Positions 26,972 to 36,190 are shown, numbered from the stretch's first letter. The stretch is 64,000 nt of DNA from Candidatus Fervidifonticultor sextus (GCA_031459875.1 JAVKHQ010000001.1:160001-224000), one strand, 5' to 3'. The notes: generated from the sequence alone by a model not told the origin. Made by a program: numbers and translations.

Positions 26972-28189
26972 CTACCGTCCCCCCGTGGCCAGCTGGAAGA
27001 TCGGCAGGTACAGCGAGATGACCATCGCGCCGACCACGACCCCCATGAAGATGATCAGCATCGGCTCCAGCATCGAGGTCAGGCTGGCGACGGTGGTCTC
27101 GACCTCCACGTCGTAGAAGTCGGCCACCTTCTCCAGCATCTGCTCCAGGGCGCCGGTCTCCTCCCCCACCTTGGTCATCTGGACGACCATGGGCGGGAAG
27201 ACCCCGGAGAACTGCAGCGGGATGGCAATCGACTGCCCCTCGCGGATGCTGGCCCGCACGGCGTCGATGGCCCCGCCGATGACCATGTTGTCGATGGCCT
27301 TGGCGACGACCTCGAGCGACTGCATGATCGGCACGCCGCTGGCAATCAGCGTGCCGAGGGTACGGGTGAAGCGCGCCACCACGATCTTGCGGTTGAGTTC
27401 GCCCAGCACCGGCATCTTGAGTTTGAACCGGTCGTAGCGGAGGCGCCCCGTCGGGGTCTGCAGGTATCGGCGGAGGACGTAGCCGAGGGTGGCGGCGATG
27501 AGAATGCCGATGTACCAGAACCGGCGAATGGCCACGCTGGTGGCGATGGCCATCTGGGTCGGCAGCGGCAGGGTCCCCGACCCGCCCAGTTCCCGGAACA
27601 GGTTCTCGAACTGCGGCAGGATGACGATGGTCATGAAGAACAGCCCACCGAGCGCTGCGACGGTGAGCAGGACGGGGTAGACCATGGCCGAGCGGATCTT
27701 GCTGCGCAGCGCCTGCTCCTTCTCCAGGTACGTGGCGACGCGGTTCAGGACCTCGTCCAGCACACCGCCGGTCTCGCCGGCCTTCACCATGTTCACGTAG
27801 AGCGACGAGAAGGCCCTGGGGTGCTTGGCCATGGCGTCCGACAGCGGCCGGCCGGCCTCCACGTCCAGCCGGATCTGGGTGATGATCTCCTTGAGGCGGC
27901 GGTTCGTGGTCTGCTGCTCCAGGATGTTGAGCGTGCGCACCAGCGACAGGCCCGAGTTCACCATGGTGGAGAACTGGCGGGAGAAGATGGCCAGGTCCTT
28001 GAGGCCGATCCCAAACAGGCCCTGCAGGTACTGGAAGACGTCGGTCCGCTCGACCGTCCGTTCGAGGTTCGTGATGAAGAACCCCATGTCGCGCAGCCGG
28101 TCCACGACCATGGCGTCGTTGTCGGCCTCGATGACGCCCGAGATCAGGCGTCCGGTGTTGTCCTTGGCACTGTACCGGAAGACGGCCAT
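26972..28189 (-). CDS. pilC: T4P inner-membrane platform protein PilC (GspF family)
   Basis: FSRQFSTMVNSG, AGETGGVLDEVL, AMVYP, GEETGAL, LEPMLII. Confidence 0.97.
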   Translation of the reverse strand: MAVFRYSAKDNTGRLISGVIEADNDAMVVDRLRDMGFFITNLERTVERTDVFQYLQGLFGIGLKDLAIFSRQFSTMVNSGLSLVRTLNILEQQTTNRRLKEIITQIRLDVEAGRPLSDAMAKHPRAFSSLYVNMVKAGETGGVLDEVLNRVATYLEKEQALRSKIRSAMVYPVLLTVAALGGLFFMTIVILPQFENLFRELGGSGTLPLPTQMAIATSVAIRRFWYIGILIAATLGYVLRRYLQTPTGRLRYDRFKLKMPVLGELNRKIVVARFTRTLGTLIASGVPIMQSLEVVAKAIDNMVIGGAIDAVRASIREGQSIAIPLQFSGVFPPMVVQMTKVGEETGALEQMLEKVADFYDVEVETTVASLTSMLEPMLIIFMGVVVGAMVISLYLPIFQLATGGR

Positions 28190-28198
28190 GGCGGCGTC

Positions 28199-29380
28199 CT
28201 ACCCCCTTGCGATCCGGGCCACCGGCTCGACCTCCCCGCCGGACTCTCGGATCATCTTCCGGAGTTCCTCGGGGTGGATGGCCCGGCTGAGCGCGTCGTC
28301 CACCGAGATGAGCTTGCGCAGGCAGAGGTCGCGGAGCGACTGGTCCATGGTCTGCATGCCCAGGTTCGCCCCGGTCTGGATCGCGGTCTCGATCTGGTGG
28401 GTCTTGGCTTCCCGGATGAGGTTGCGGATAGCCGGCGTGGCCAGCATGACCTCCACGGCCGGCACCCGGCCGATCTCCTCGATGCTGGGCCAGGCCGAAC
28501 CCGCCGCGCTGCCCAGGCGCGGCTTGGCGACCGTGCGGTTCTCCGACCGCCCGCGGTAGCGGGCATTCGGCAGCAACTGCTGCGAAATGACCGCCTCGAT
28601 GACCATGGCGAGCTGGATGCGGATCTGCTGCTGCTGGTAGGGCGGGAAGACGTCGATGATGCGGTCGATGGACTGGGCGGCGTTGGCCGTGTGCAGGGTG
28701 GCGAACACCAGGTGCCCGGTCTCGGCGATGGTCAGCGCGGCCGAGATCGTCTCCAGGTCGCGCATCTCGCCGATCAGCACCACGTTGGGGTCCTCCCGCA
28801 GCACCGCGCGCAGCGCGTTGGGGAACGACTGGGTGTCGAACCCCAGCTCCCGCTGGTTGACGATGCTCTTCTTGTGCTGGTGCAGGTACTCGATGGGGTC
28901 TTCCACGGTCACGATGTGGGCGCTGCGCTCGGAGTTGATGAAGTCGATCATCGCGGCCAGCGACGTGGACTTGCCGTGCCCGGTAGGGCCCGTGACGAGG
29001 ATCAGGCCGCGGGGCTTCCGCGTGAGCTCCTTGAGGATCGGGGGGAGGTTGAGGGCCTCGACGGAGGGGATGGTCATGGGGATGACGCGGATGGCGATCC
29101 CCACCGCCCCGCGCTGCCGGTACATGTTGACGCGGAACCGCCCCAGCCCCGGCACGCCGTAGGACAGGTCCAGTTCCCAGAACTTCTCGAACTTCTGCTT
29201 CTGGAAGGTGTTCAGCATGCTGTACCCGAGCTGAAAGGTGTCCTCGGCCGTCAGCACCTCGTAGTGCTCCATGGGCACCAGTTTCCCCCACAGCCGCATC
29301 GTGGGCTTGATGCCGCTGGTCAGGTGGAGGTCCGAGGCCTGGGCGGTCACGACCTCGCGGAGCAGATCCTCGATGTGCAT
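28199..29380 (-). CDS. pilT: T4P retraction ATPase PilT
   Basis: GPTGHGKST, EDPIE, LREDP...GEMRD, TLHT, AIRNLIRE motif. Confidence 0.97.
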   Translation of the reverse strand: MHIEDLLREVVTAQASDLHLTSGIKPTMRLWGKLVPMEHYEVLTAEDTFQLGYSMLNTFQKQKFEKFWELDLSYGVPGLGRFRVNMYRQRGAVGIAIRVIPMTIPSVEALNLPPILKELTRKPRGLILVTGPTGHGKSTSLAAMIDFINSERSAHIVTVEDPIEYLHQHKKSIVNQRELGFDTQSFPNALRAVLREDPNVVLIGEMRDLETISAALTIAETGHLVFATLHTANAAQSIDRIIDVFPPYQQQQIRIQLAMVIEAVISQQLLPNARYRGRSENRTVAKPRLGSAAGSAWPSIEEIGRVPAVEVMLATPAIRNLIREAKTHQIETAIQTGANLGMQTMDQSLRDLCLRKLISVDDALSRAIHPEELRKMIRESGGEVEPVARIARG

Positions 29381-29397
29381 CCCCATCCCCCCCAAGG

Positions 29398-31107
29398 CTA
29401 CTCGACGAAGACCACCCGGAGCATCTCCTCCAGCGAGGTGACCCCCGCCACGACCTTCGCGACGCCGTCCTGCTGCAGGGTCCGCATGCCGGAGGTGATC
29501 GCCGCCCGCTTAAGCACGTCGGCCGAGGCGCTCTTCACCACCAGGGTGCGGATCTCGTCGTCCACCAGCATGATCTCGAATAGACCGATGCGGCCCTTGT
29601 AGCCGATCTGGTTGCAGGCCTCGCAGCCCTTCGGCCGGTAGATCACCGGCGGCGGCTCCCCCGGGCCCGCGAGCCCGTAGCGCACCACGACCTCCGGCTC
29701 CGGCGTGTAGGGCTCGCGGCATCGACTGCAGAGCATGCGGACCAGCCGCTGCGCCACCACGCCGATCACCGAGGAGGAGACCAAGAACGGCTCCACGCCC
29801 ATGTCCACCAGCCGCGTGACAGCCCCGGGGGCGTCGTTGGTGTGCAGGGTCGAGAGCACCAGGTGCCCGGTCAGCGCCGCGTGGATCGCGATGCGCGCCG
29901 TCTCCTCGTCGCGTATCTCGCCCACCATGATGATGTCCGGGTCCTGGCGCAGGAACGACCGCAGGCCGTTGGCGAAGGTGAGCCCGGCCTTGGGGTTGAT
30001 CTGCACCTGGCTGATCCCGTTCAACTGGTACTCCACCGGGTCCTCGATGGTGATGATGTTCACCTCGGGTTTGTTCAGGCGGTTGAGGATGGCATAGAGG
30101 CTGGTGGTCTTGCCGCTCCCGGTCGGGCCGGTGATGAGGATGATGCCGTAGGGCTTGGCGATCAGCGACTCGAACCGCGGCAGGTCGCTGGCCAGCAGCC
30201 CCAGTTTGTCGATCCCCACCAGCGCCGAGCGCTTGTCCAGGATGCGCATGACGACCTTCTCGCCGAAGACCGTCGGGACCGTGGACACGCGCAGGTCGAT
30301 CTCCCGCTGGTCCACCCGCAGCTCGATGCGGCCGTCCTGGGGCACGCGGCGCTCGGCGATGTTCATGTTGGCCATGATCTTGATGCGGCTGGTGGTCGCG
30401 GCCTGGACGTGCCTGGGCGCCGTCATCACCTCGTAGAGGGTGCCGTCAATGCGGTAGCGGATGCGCAGCCGGTTCTCCTGGGGCTCCACGTGGATGTCGC
30501 TGGCGCCCTGCCGGACGGCCTGGAGCAGCATCAGGTTGACCAGGCGGACGACCGGCGCGTCGTCCACGATCTCGCGCAGTCGGTCGACCCCCGGCTCCTC
30601 CTCCCCCACGTCGGCCGGCCGGATCTCCTGGATGACCTGGTCCAGGGTCCCCTCGAGGGCCGGATACCTGTTCACGGCGTACTGGAACCCGTCCGGGGTG
30701 ATGGCCGCGGGGACGACCTCGCGCTCGACGAAGCGCCGGATATCGTCGAGGGCCACAACGTCGAGGGGGTCCACCATCCCCAGCACCAGCGCGTCCTCCT
30801 CCAGGCGGAGCGGGAGGACCTGGTAGCGCCGGATCATCGGCTCGGGGAGGATGGTCAGCACCTCGTCGGGAATCGTCACGGTCTGCGCATTGACGTACTC
30901 GATCCCCAACTGGTTGGCGATGGCCTTGGCGATGGCATCCTGCGAGGCCAGGCCCATGCCCACCAGCACCTTGCCGAGGCGATCGCCCGTGGTGGCCTGC
31001 GCCTGCAGGGCCTGGTCGAGCTGGGCCCTGGTGATCAGGCCGGCCTCGACCAGCAGTTCGCCCAGGCGGACCCGTCGCCGGGATGCCACGATCCTAGGTT
31101 GTCTCAT
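29398..31107 (-). CDS. pilB: T4P extension ATPase PilB (GspE/PulE) with intact N-terminal MshEN c-di-GMP-binding domain
   Basis: RLGELLVEAGLITRAQLDQALQAQ...RLGKVLVGMG; GPTGSGKT; LRQDPD; CxxC...CxxC. Confidence 0.95.
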   Translation of the reverse strand: MRQPRIVASRRRVRLGELLVEAGLITRAQLDQALQAQATTGDRLGKVLVGMGLASQDAIAKAIANQLGIEYVNAQTVTIPDEVLTILPEPMIRRYQVLPLRLEEDALVLGMVDPLDVVALDDIRRFVEREVVPAAITPDGFQYAVNRYPALEGTLDQVIQEIRPADVGEEEPGVDRLREIVDDAPVVRLVNLMLLQAVRQGASDIHVEPQENRLRIRYRIDGTLYEVMTAPRHVQAATTSRIKIMANMNIAERRVPQDGRIELRVDQREIDLRVSTVPTVFGEKVVMRILDKRSALVGIDKLGLLASDLPRFESLIAKPYGIILITGPTGSGKTTSLYAILNRLNKPEVNIITIEDPVEYQLNGISQVQINPKAGLTFANGLRSFLRQDPDIIMVGEIRDEETARIAIHAALTGHLVLSTLHTNDAPGAVTRLVDMGVEPFLVSSSVIGVVAQRLVRMLCSRCREPYTPEPEVVVRYGLAGPGEPPPVIYRPKGCEACNQIGYKGRIGLFEIMLVDDEIRTLVVKSASADVLKRAAITSGMRTLQQDGVAKVVAGVTSLEEMLRVVFVE

Positions 31108-31336
31108 GGCGCTCCATCAACAGTACGACGTGGGCCTTGTGCACCATCACCGCCCCGGCGCTGTAGAGGAGCCGTCCGTCCAGCGCGTACACCCGCGCGG
31201 AGGTGATGGGCAGGAAGTCCTTGGCCTGGTTCATCCGGTCCGACAGCCGGGTCGTCGACGGCAGGTGCAGGTCCCCCTCGATGCGGTGGTGCGGCGTGAA
31301 GATGATGACCGCCTCCCGATCCATCTCGACCTTCAT
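31094..31336 (-). CDS. small conserved beta-rich hypothetical protein (DUF6812-like)
   Basis: HRIEGDLHLP...RLSDRMN...FLPITSARV; ATGA-coupled to the MerR gene and overlapping the pilB start. Confidence 0.65.
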   Translation of the reverse strand: MKVEMDREAVIIFTPHHRIEGDLHLPSTTRLSDRMNQAKDFLPITSARVYALDGRLLYSAGAVMVHKAHVVLLMERHETT

Positions 31337-31614
31337 CGGCCGGCTCCTCGGCTCTCCACCGCCAGTTCCACCGACCGGGAGGTCTCCAGGAGCCGCTGGA
31401 TGCCCTTGAGGCTCATCCCCCGGTCCACCATGGCCTTCACCCAGCGGATGCGCTCCACGTCGTCTTCGCTGTAGAGCCGGTGCCCTCCGCCGGTCCGTGC
31501 CGGATTGATGAGGTTGTACTGGTCTTCCCAGGCCCGGATCCGCCGCGGGTTCACGCCGGTGAGTTGCGCCACCGTCCTTATAGGATAGATTGGCGCCCGC
31601 CTGTCCACAATCAT
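31333..31614 (-). CDS. MerR-family HTH protein (stand-alone DNA-binding domain)
   Basis: YPIRTVAQLTGVNPRRIRAWE...PARTGGGHRLYSEDD; ATGA overlap with the DnaB-like stop. Confidence 0.88.
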   Translation of the reverse strand: MIVDRRAPIYPIRTVAQLTGVNPRRIRAWEDQYNLINPARTGGGHRLYSEDDVERIRWVKAMVDRGMSLKGIQRLLETSRSVELAVESRGAGR

Positions 31615-33185
31615 CGGCTGCCCCCTCCATTGCCTCCGGGCCGGGGCGTCCCGACGAGGTCCCGTTGGGGTCCGTACCCGTGTTCGCGCAGGTAGGTGTA
31701 GATATCCTGCAGCTTGGAGAACCCGTGGAAGTCCGGGCGGTACTCCTGCTCCAGCTTGTAGTCCAGCTCCACGAACTTGTTGAGGGTGACGAAGAAGGCG
31801 AACTGGACGATGTTGGAGGCCGACTCCGGCGCGTCCCGGTTCTTGTCCACGAACAGGTTGACGATGTCCACCGTCGGCAGGTCGGCTGGGTCGAACCCCT
31901 CGGCCTTGGCCCGGGTCTCGATGAGCTGGTGGAGGTCGTGGGTGGCCTTCCAGTCTTTGGCCAGGACCATGGCGACGTCCAGGTCGTACTCCAGGTCGCC
32001 CGAGCCCATGCTGTGGTGCATCGTCGGGCGGTTGAACGGGTTGAAGATCTCGGCCTCCTCGGCCGGCCGCTCGTCCAGCCGGCACCCTTCCTTGTCGAGG
32101 GGCGAGATGGCGAAGACGGGGCAGTTGAGCTCCAGGCTCAGTTCGGCCAGGGCCGTCGAGATGCGGTCGGTGCGGGCCTTCCAGTCCTCGATGTGGTCCG
32201 ACAGCGGGATCTTCTGGAGGTAGTCGAAGAAGATGACGACCTCCTGGGTCTGGAACTCCTGCATGAGGTTGTGGGCATGGGCGCGGATGCGGTCGAGGGT
32301 CTCCCGCCGTCCGGCCTCGACCAGGTGCAGGTAGGGTCCGTACCGGGCCAGGCGTTCCCGCGCCGCCTCCAGCTTCTCGCCCACCGGCTCGCCGTTGGGC
32401 GAGACGCCGGCCAGGATCGTCGTAGGGTTGACGCCGGTCTCCTTGGCGATCAGGCGGGCGGCCAGCACGCGGCGCGTCTGCTCCCACGTATAGTACAGCA
32501 CCGGGATCTTGTGGTTGGTCGCCACGTGCACGGCCAGGTCGAGGGTGAGGTTGGTCTTGCCGCGGCGCGGCGCGCCGGCCAGCCCGTAGTAGAAGCCGCG
32601 CCGCAGCCCCGAGAGCAGCGCGTTGAGCCGGTCGAAGGGGCTGATGGAGTACCCCAGGATCCCGCCGGCGCCCGGGGAAGCGCGCGGGGCCAGCAGGTGC
32701 GGGAAGGCCTCGGCGATGGGCGCCACCTGGCGGCGGACGCGGCGCCGCTGGATCTCGAGCAACTGGTGGATGGCCTCGGTGGTGAACTGCACGATGTCGT
32801 CCTGCTCCCGGTCGTGCCGGTAGAGGTAGCCGCCGATGGCCTCGTGGAGCCGCGCCAGCAACTCGCGGCTCTCCGCAACCTTGAGGTGCTCGATGAGCCC
32901 CATCAGGTCGCCGGCGTTCGGCGGCGCGGTCTTCAGCACCGAGGCCAGATAGCGGTCGAGCTCCGGGCTCAGCATCCCGCGCTCGGTCAGGGCGGCGCGC
33001 AGGGTCGCTTCGTCGATGGCGCCGGCGGGCATCCCGTGGAGTTCGACGACGACCTTCGCCAGCCGCCGCGCCTGGGGCGAGGGCAGCAGGTCCACGTGGA
33101 AGCCTTCGGTGAGGGCCATCGTGACCAGGTGGCGGTCGCGGATGAGCCCGGCCAGCACCCTCGTCTCGACCTGGTGGAGTTCCAT
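31611..33185 (-). CDS. divergent DnaB-like (SF4, RecA-fold) ATPase/helicase
   Basis: GAPRRGKT, YYTWEQ, FFDYLQ, FAISPL, RPTMHHSMGSGDLEYDLDV, DKNRD; GGAGGAGG RBS. Confidence 0.85.
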   Translation of the reverse strand: MELHQVETRVLAGLIRDRHLVTMALTEGFHVDLLPSPQARRLAKVVVELHGMPAGAIDEATLRAALTERGMLSPELDRYLASVLKTAPPNAGDLMGLIEHLKVAESRELLARLHEAIGGYLYRHDREQDDIVQFTTEAIHQLLEIQRRRVRRQVAPIAEAFPHLLAPRASPGAGGILGYSISPFDRLNALLSGLRRGFYYGLAGAPRRGKTNLTLDLAVHVATNHKIPVLYYTWEQTRRVLAARLIAKETGVNPTTILAGVSPNGEPVGEKLEAARERLARYGPYLHLVEAGRRETLDRIRAHAHNLMQEFQTQEVVIFFDYLQKIPLSDHIEDWKARTDRISTALAELSLELNCPVFAISPLDKEGCRLDERPAEEAEIFNPFNRPTMHHSMGSGDLEYDLDVAMVLAKDWKATHDLHQLIETRAKAEGFDPADLPTVDIVNLFVDKNRDAPESASNIVQFAFFVTLNKFVELDYKLEQEYRPDFHGFSKLQDIYTYLREHGYGPQRDLVGTPRPGGNGGGSR

Positions 33186-33242
33186 AAGGCCTCCTCCGAA
33201 CCTGCGTTGAGGCTCGCTTGCCCCAGACCGGCTCGGGTGCTA

Positions 33243-33268
33243 GTCTGAAAGCACTCGTCGGTGGGCAA
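33243..33268 (+). promoter_or_regulatory. putative SigB/SigF-type promoter GTCTGA-N14-GGGCAA (riboswitch-pilB2)
   Basis: Motif match about 30 nt upstream of the c-di-GMP-I aptamer. Confidence 0.6.
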
Positions 33269-33276
33269 GTGAGAAT

Positions 33277-33302
33277 ATGCCCAGAAGATTGAGGGATTAG
33301 TC
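33277..33302 (-). promoter_or_regulatory. putative SigB/SigF-type promoter GACTAA-N14-GGGCAT (dnaB-like-pilBTC operon)
   Basis: Motif match about 90 nt upstream of the DnaB-like ATG. Confidence 0.6.
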
Positions 33303-33390
33303 CCGAAGGGGCAAACCCGGAGCGATTCGGGGGCGCAAAGCCACGGGACCGGTCCGCCGTGGGCGGGCCGGTCGGCCGGGCTGCCGGAGA
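33301..33390 (+). ncRNA. c-di-GMP-I (GEMM) riboswitch upstream of pilB2
   Basis: GGGCAAACCC-hairpin-GGGGCGCAAAGCCACGGG...GCCGGGCTGCCG matches the c-di-GMP-I consensus. Confidence 0.9.
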
Positions 33391-33400
33391 CGGTTCGGGT

Positions 33401-33432
33401 CTGCGGTCTCGACGGGACCGCAGTTATTTTTT
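33401..33432 (+). terminator. intrinsic terminator (riboswitch expression platform)
   Basis: CTGCGGTCTC-GAC-GGGACCGCAG followed by TTATTTTTT. Confidence 0.85.
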
Positions 33433-33456
33433 GTGGCGGTCGCACGCGAGGGACGC

Positions 33457-35751
33457 ATGGACGAGAGCACGCTGCAGACGTTCAAGCGCGAAGCCGGCCT
33501 GGCCGGGGAGAGCCGCACGCTGGAGCGGGCCTTCGTGCACGCCCGGGCGCGGGCGCTGGCGCGGTCCGGGCAGTGGCTGCAGGCGCGCGACGCGTACCTG
33601 GCACTGGTCGACCTGGATCCCGACGAGCCCTGGGTCTACTGGGACCTGGCCGAGGTCTTCCAGATGCTGGAGGCCCGCGACGACGCCGCGGCCGCCTTCC
33701 TCACCGCCGCCGACAAACACCTGGGGCGCGGACAGACTGACCACGTGCTCCGCGCCTACCAGCAGGCCGCGGCGGTCTCCCCCAACGACCCTGCGGTGCA
33801 GGCGAAACTCGGCGATCCTGCGGCGCCGCCCACCGCGTCGCGACCCCGCCCGACCCCCGCACCATCCCCAGCCCCCGCCCCGCCACCTCACGACCCGCCT
33901 CCCTCGGCCCCGCCCGCACCGGCCCCTCCGGCCGCCCCGCCGTCCCCGAAGCCCGAGCGCTCCGGGCCTGCGCCGGCGGCATCTGTGCCCCCTGTCACAG
34001 CACCCCCTGGGGCCGAGCCGCCGGCTCCCGGGCGGGCGCCCCGCACGCGCCTGGGCGGAAAGACCGAGACCCTCGGACAGGTGCTCCTGCAGCTCGGCAT
34101 CATCACCCAGCAGCAGTTGGCCGAGGCCCTGGAGATCCAGTCCCGCACCGGGGAGCGCATCGGCCAGATCCTTCGCGACATGGGAGCCGTCTCTGACCAG
34201 GACCTGGCCCGCGGAATGGCGCACCAGTGGGGGTATCCCTACATGTCGCTGGCCGAGGCGAAGATCAACCCCGAGGTCGCCAAACTCGTCCCCCACGCCC
34301 TGGCGGTGCGGCACAAGTGCATTGCCCTGGACCGGCGCAACGGTCGCCTGGTCGTGGCCATCGCCGACCCCCTCAACGTGATCGCCGTGGACGATGTGCG
34401 GCTGATCACCGGGGCGGAGGTCGATCTGGTGGTCGCCACCGAGGAGGACATCACCAACGCCCTGGCCCGGGTCTACCAGCTCGCCGACAACCTCATCGAC
34501 CGGGCCATCCGGGAGTCGGTCACCGACTACGCCGTCGAGTTCACCGACGAGGACGCCTCGGTGGAGCAACTGCGCGCGCTGACCGAGGAGGCCCCGGTCG
34601 TCAAGCTGGTCAACCTCATCATCGACGAGGCGATCAAGCAGAACGCCAGCGACATCCACGTGGAGCCGCACCGCAACGGGATGTGGATCCGCTATCGGGT
34701 GGACGGCGTGCTCCGCGACGTCATGAACCCGCCCAAGCACCTCAAGGCGGCGCTGGTGTCCCGCATGAAGATCATGGCCGAAATGGACATCGCCGAGCGC
34801 CGGCGGCCGCAGGACGGCCGGGTCCACCTCACCGCGGACGGACGCACCATCGACCTGCGCGTCTCCACGCTGCCGACCATGTTCGGCGAAAAGGTGGTCC
34901 TGCGCATCCTGGACCAGTCCTCGGCCCTGCTGGGGCTGAGCCGGCTGGGCTTCCCCAGCGGGGTGCTGCAGCAGTGGGAGGCCGCCACCAGCACGCCCCA
35001 CGGGATGGTGCTGGTCACCGGCCCGACCGGCAGCGGGAAGACGACCACCCTCTACGCGACCCTCTCCAAGCTCAACACGCTGGACCGCAACATCGTGACG
35101 GTCGAGGATCCGGTCGAATACCAGATCCCCCGCATCAACCAGGTGCAGGTGAACGTGAAGGCGGGCCTGACCTTCGCCAGCGGGCTGCGCAGCATCCTGC
35201 GGCAGGATCCCGACATCGTCATGGTGGGGGAGATTCGCGACCGCGAGACCGCCGAGATCGCCGTCCAGGCCGCGCTGACCGGCCACCTGGTCCTCTCGAC
35301 CCTGCACACCAACGACGCGGCGGGCGCCGTCACGCGGATGGTGGACATGGGCGTGGAGCCCTTTCTCATCAGCTCGTCGTTGATCGCGGTGCTGGCCCAG
35401 CGGCTCGCCCGCGCCATCTGCCCCCGCTGCAAGGTGGCCTACACGCCGCCGGCGGACGCGCTGCGCCGCCTGGGCGCCGACGCCGTGGACGGGAATGTGG
35501 TCTTCTACCGCGGGCAGGGCTGCGACCACTGCCGGGGCACCGGCTACCGCGGCCGGATCGGCATCTTCGAGTTGCTGATGATCACCGACTCGATCCGGAA
35601 ACTGATCGTCGAGCGGGCCTCGTCCACCGAGATCAAGGCGCAGGCGATCCGGGAGGGCATGCGGACGCTCCGGGAGGACGCCTTCGAGAAGGTCCTCTCC
35701 GGGGTTTCGACGATCGACGAGATCCTGCGGGTCGTCTACGTGCAGGAGTAG
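33457..35751 (+). CDS. pilB: second PilB/GspE ATPase with N-terminal TPR-like domain, Pro-rich linker and MshEN-like domain
   Basis: TPR-like helices (ARDAYLALVDLDPDEPWVYWDLAEV); about 80-aa Pro/Ala linker; TLGQVLLQLGII...RIGQIL; GPTGSGKT, LRQDPD, CPRC/CDHC. Confidence 0.92.
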   Translation: MDESTLQTFKREAGLAGESRTLERAFVHARARALARSGQWLQARDAYLALVDLDPDEPWVYWDLAEVFQMLEARDDAAAAFLTAADKHLGRGQTDHVLRAYQQAAAVSPNDPAVQAKLGDPAAPPTASRPRPTPAPSPAPAPPPHDPPPSAPPAPAPPAAPPSPKPERSGPAPAASVPPVTAPPGAEPPAPGRAPRTRLGGKTETLGQVLLQLGIITQQQLAEALEIQSRTGERIGQILRDMGAVSDQDLARGMAHQWGYPYMSLAEAKINPEVAKLVPHALAVRHKCIALDRRNGRLVVAIADPLNVIAVDDVRLITGAEVDLVVATEEDITNALARVYQLADNLIDRAIRESVTDYAVEFTDEDASVEQLRALTEEAPVVKLVNLIIDEAIKQNASDIHVEPHRNGMWIRYRVDGVLRDVMNPPKHLKAALVSRMKIMAEMDIAERRRPQDGRVHLTADGRTIDLRVSTLPTMFGEKVVLRILDQSSALLGLSRLGFPSGVLQQWEAATSTPHGMVLVTGPTGSGKTTTLYATLSKLNTLDRNIVTVEDPVEYQIPRINQVQVNVKAGLTFASGLRSILRQDPDIVMVGEIRDRETAEIAVQAALTGHLVLSTLHTNDAAGAVTRMVDMGVEPFLISSSLIAVLAQRLARAICPRCKVAYTPPADALRRLGADAVDGNVVFYRGQGCDHCRGTGYRGRIGIFELLMITDSIRKLIVERASSTEIKAQAIREGMRTLREDAFEKVLSGVSTIDEILRVVYVQE

Positions 35752-35758
35752 CCCGTCG

Positions 35759-36190
35759 CTACGGCTCCTGGTACGTGATCCCGCCGAACGACGACACGGT
35801 GACCGTCGCCGCTCCCGCCGCGTTCTGGACGGTCACCGCATAGGCCGACGATGGCTGCCCGAAGGCGGAGAAACGGACGGTAAGGGTCCCCGCCGCCGTC
35901 ACGCCCGGGGGGAGGTCGGCGCGCTCCACGAAGCCGCCGCCGCTGCGCGCGATGGTGTACGCACCTGAGGCGGCCGTGAAGGCCACAGTGTACGCGGCCC
36001 GCTCGGCTTTGGCCCGCTCCTGGGCGTGCCGCAGGTTCGCCGCCACCTGCGCCGCGCCGTAGCGCAGACGCTGCCGGGCCACGTGCCCCTGCCACCTGTT
36101 GGTGCCCAGCACGAGCAGGAGCGCCAGAAGCGCCGTGGCGATCACGACCTCCAGCAGGCCGAATCCCGTAACGGAGCGCTGCCGCGTCAC
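35759..36190 (-). CDS. FimT/GspH-like minor pilin
   Basis: TG|FGLLEVVIATALL; ANLRHAQERA; VRFSAFGQP. Confidence 0.8.
   Translation of the reverse strand: MTRQRSVTGFGLLEVVIATALLALLLVLGTNRWQGHVARQRLRYGAAQVAANLRHAQERAKAERAAYTVAFTAASGAYTIARSGGGFVERADLPPGVTAAGTLTVRFSAFGQPSSAYAVTVQNAAGAATVTVSSFGGITYQEP

Noticed and set aside
31611..33185. Calling this the replicative helicase dnaB or a prophage helicase
   Set aside because: Key DnaB motifs (SQL, LRESG, EQDAD) are altered, the N-terminus is atypical, and there are no replication or phage neighbours.
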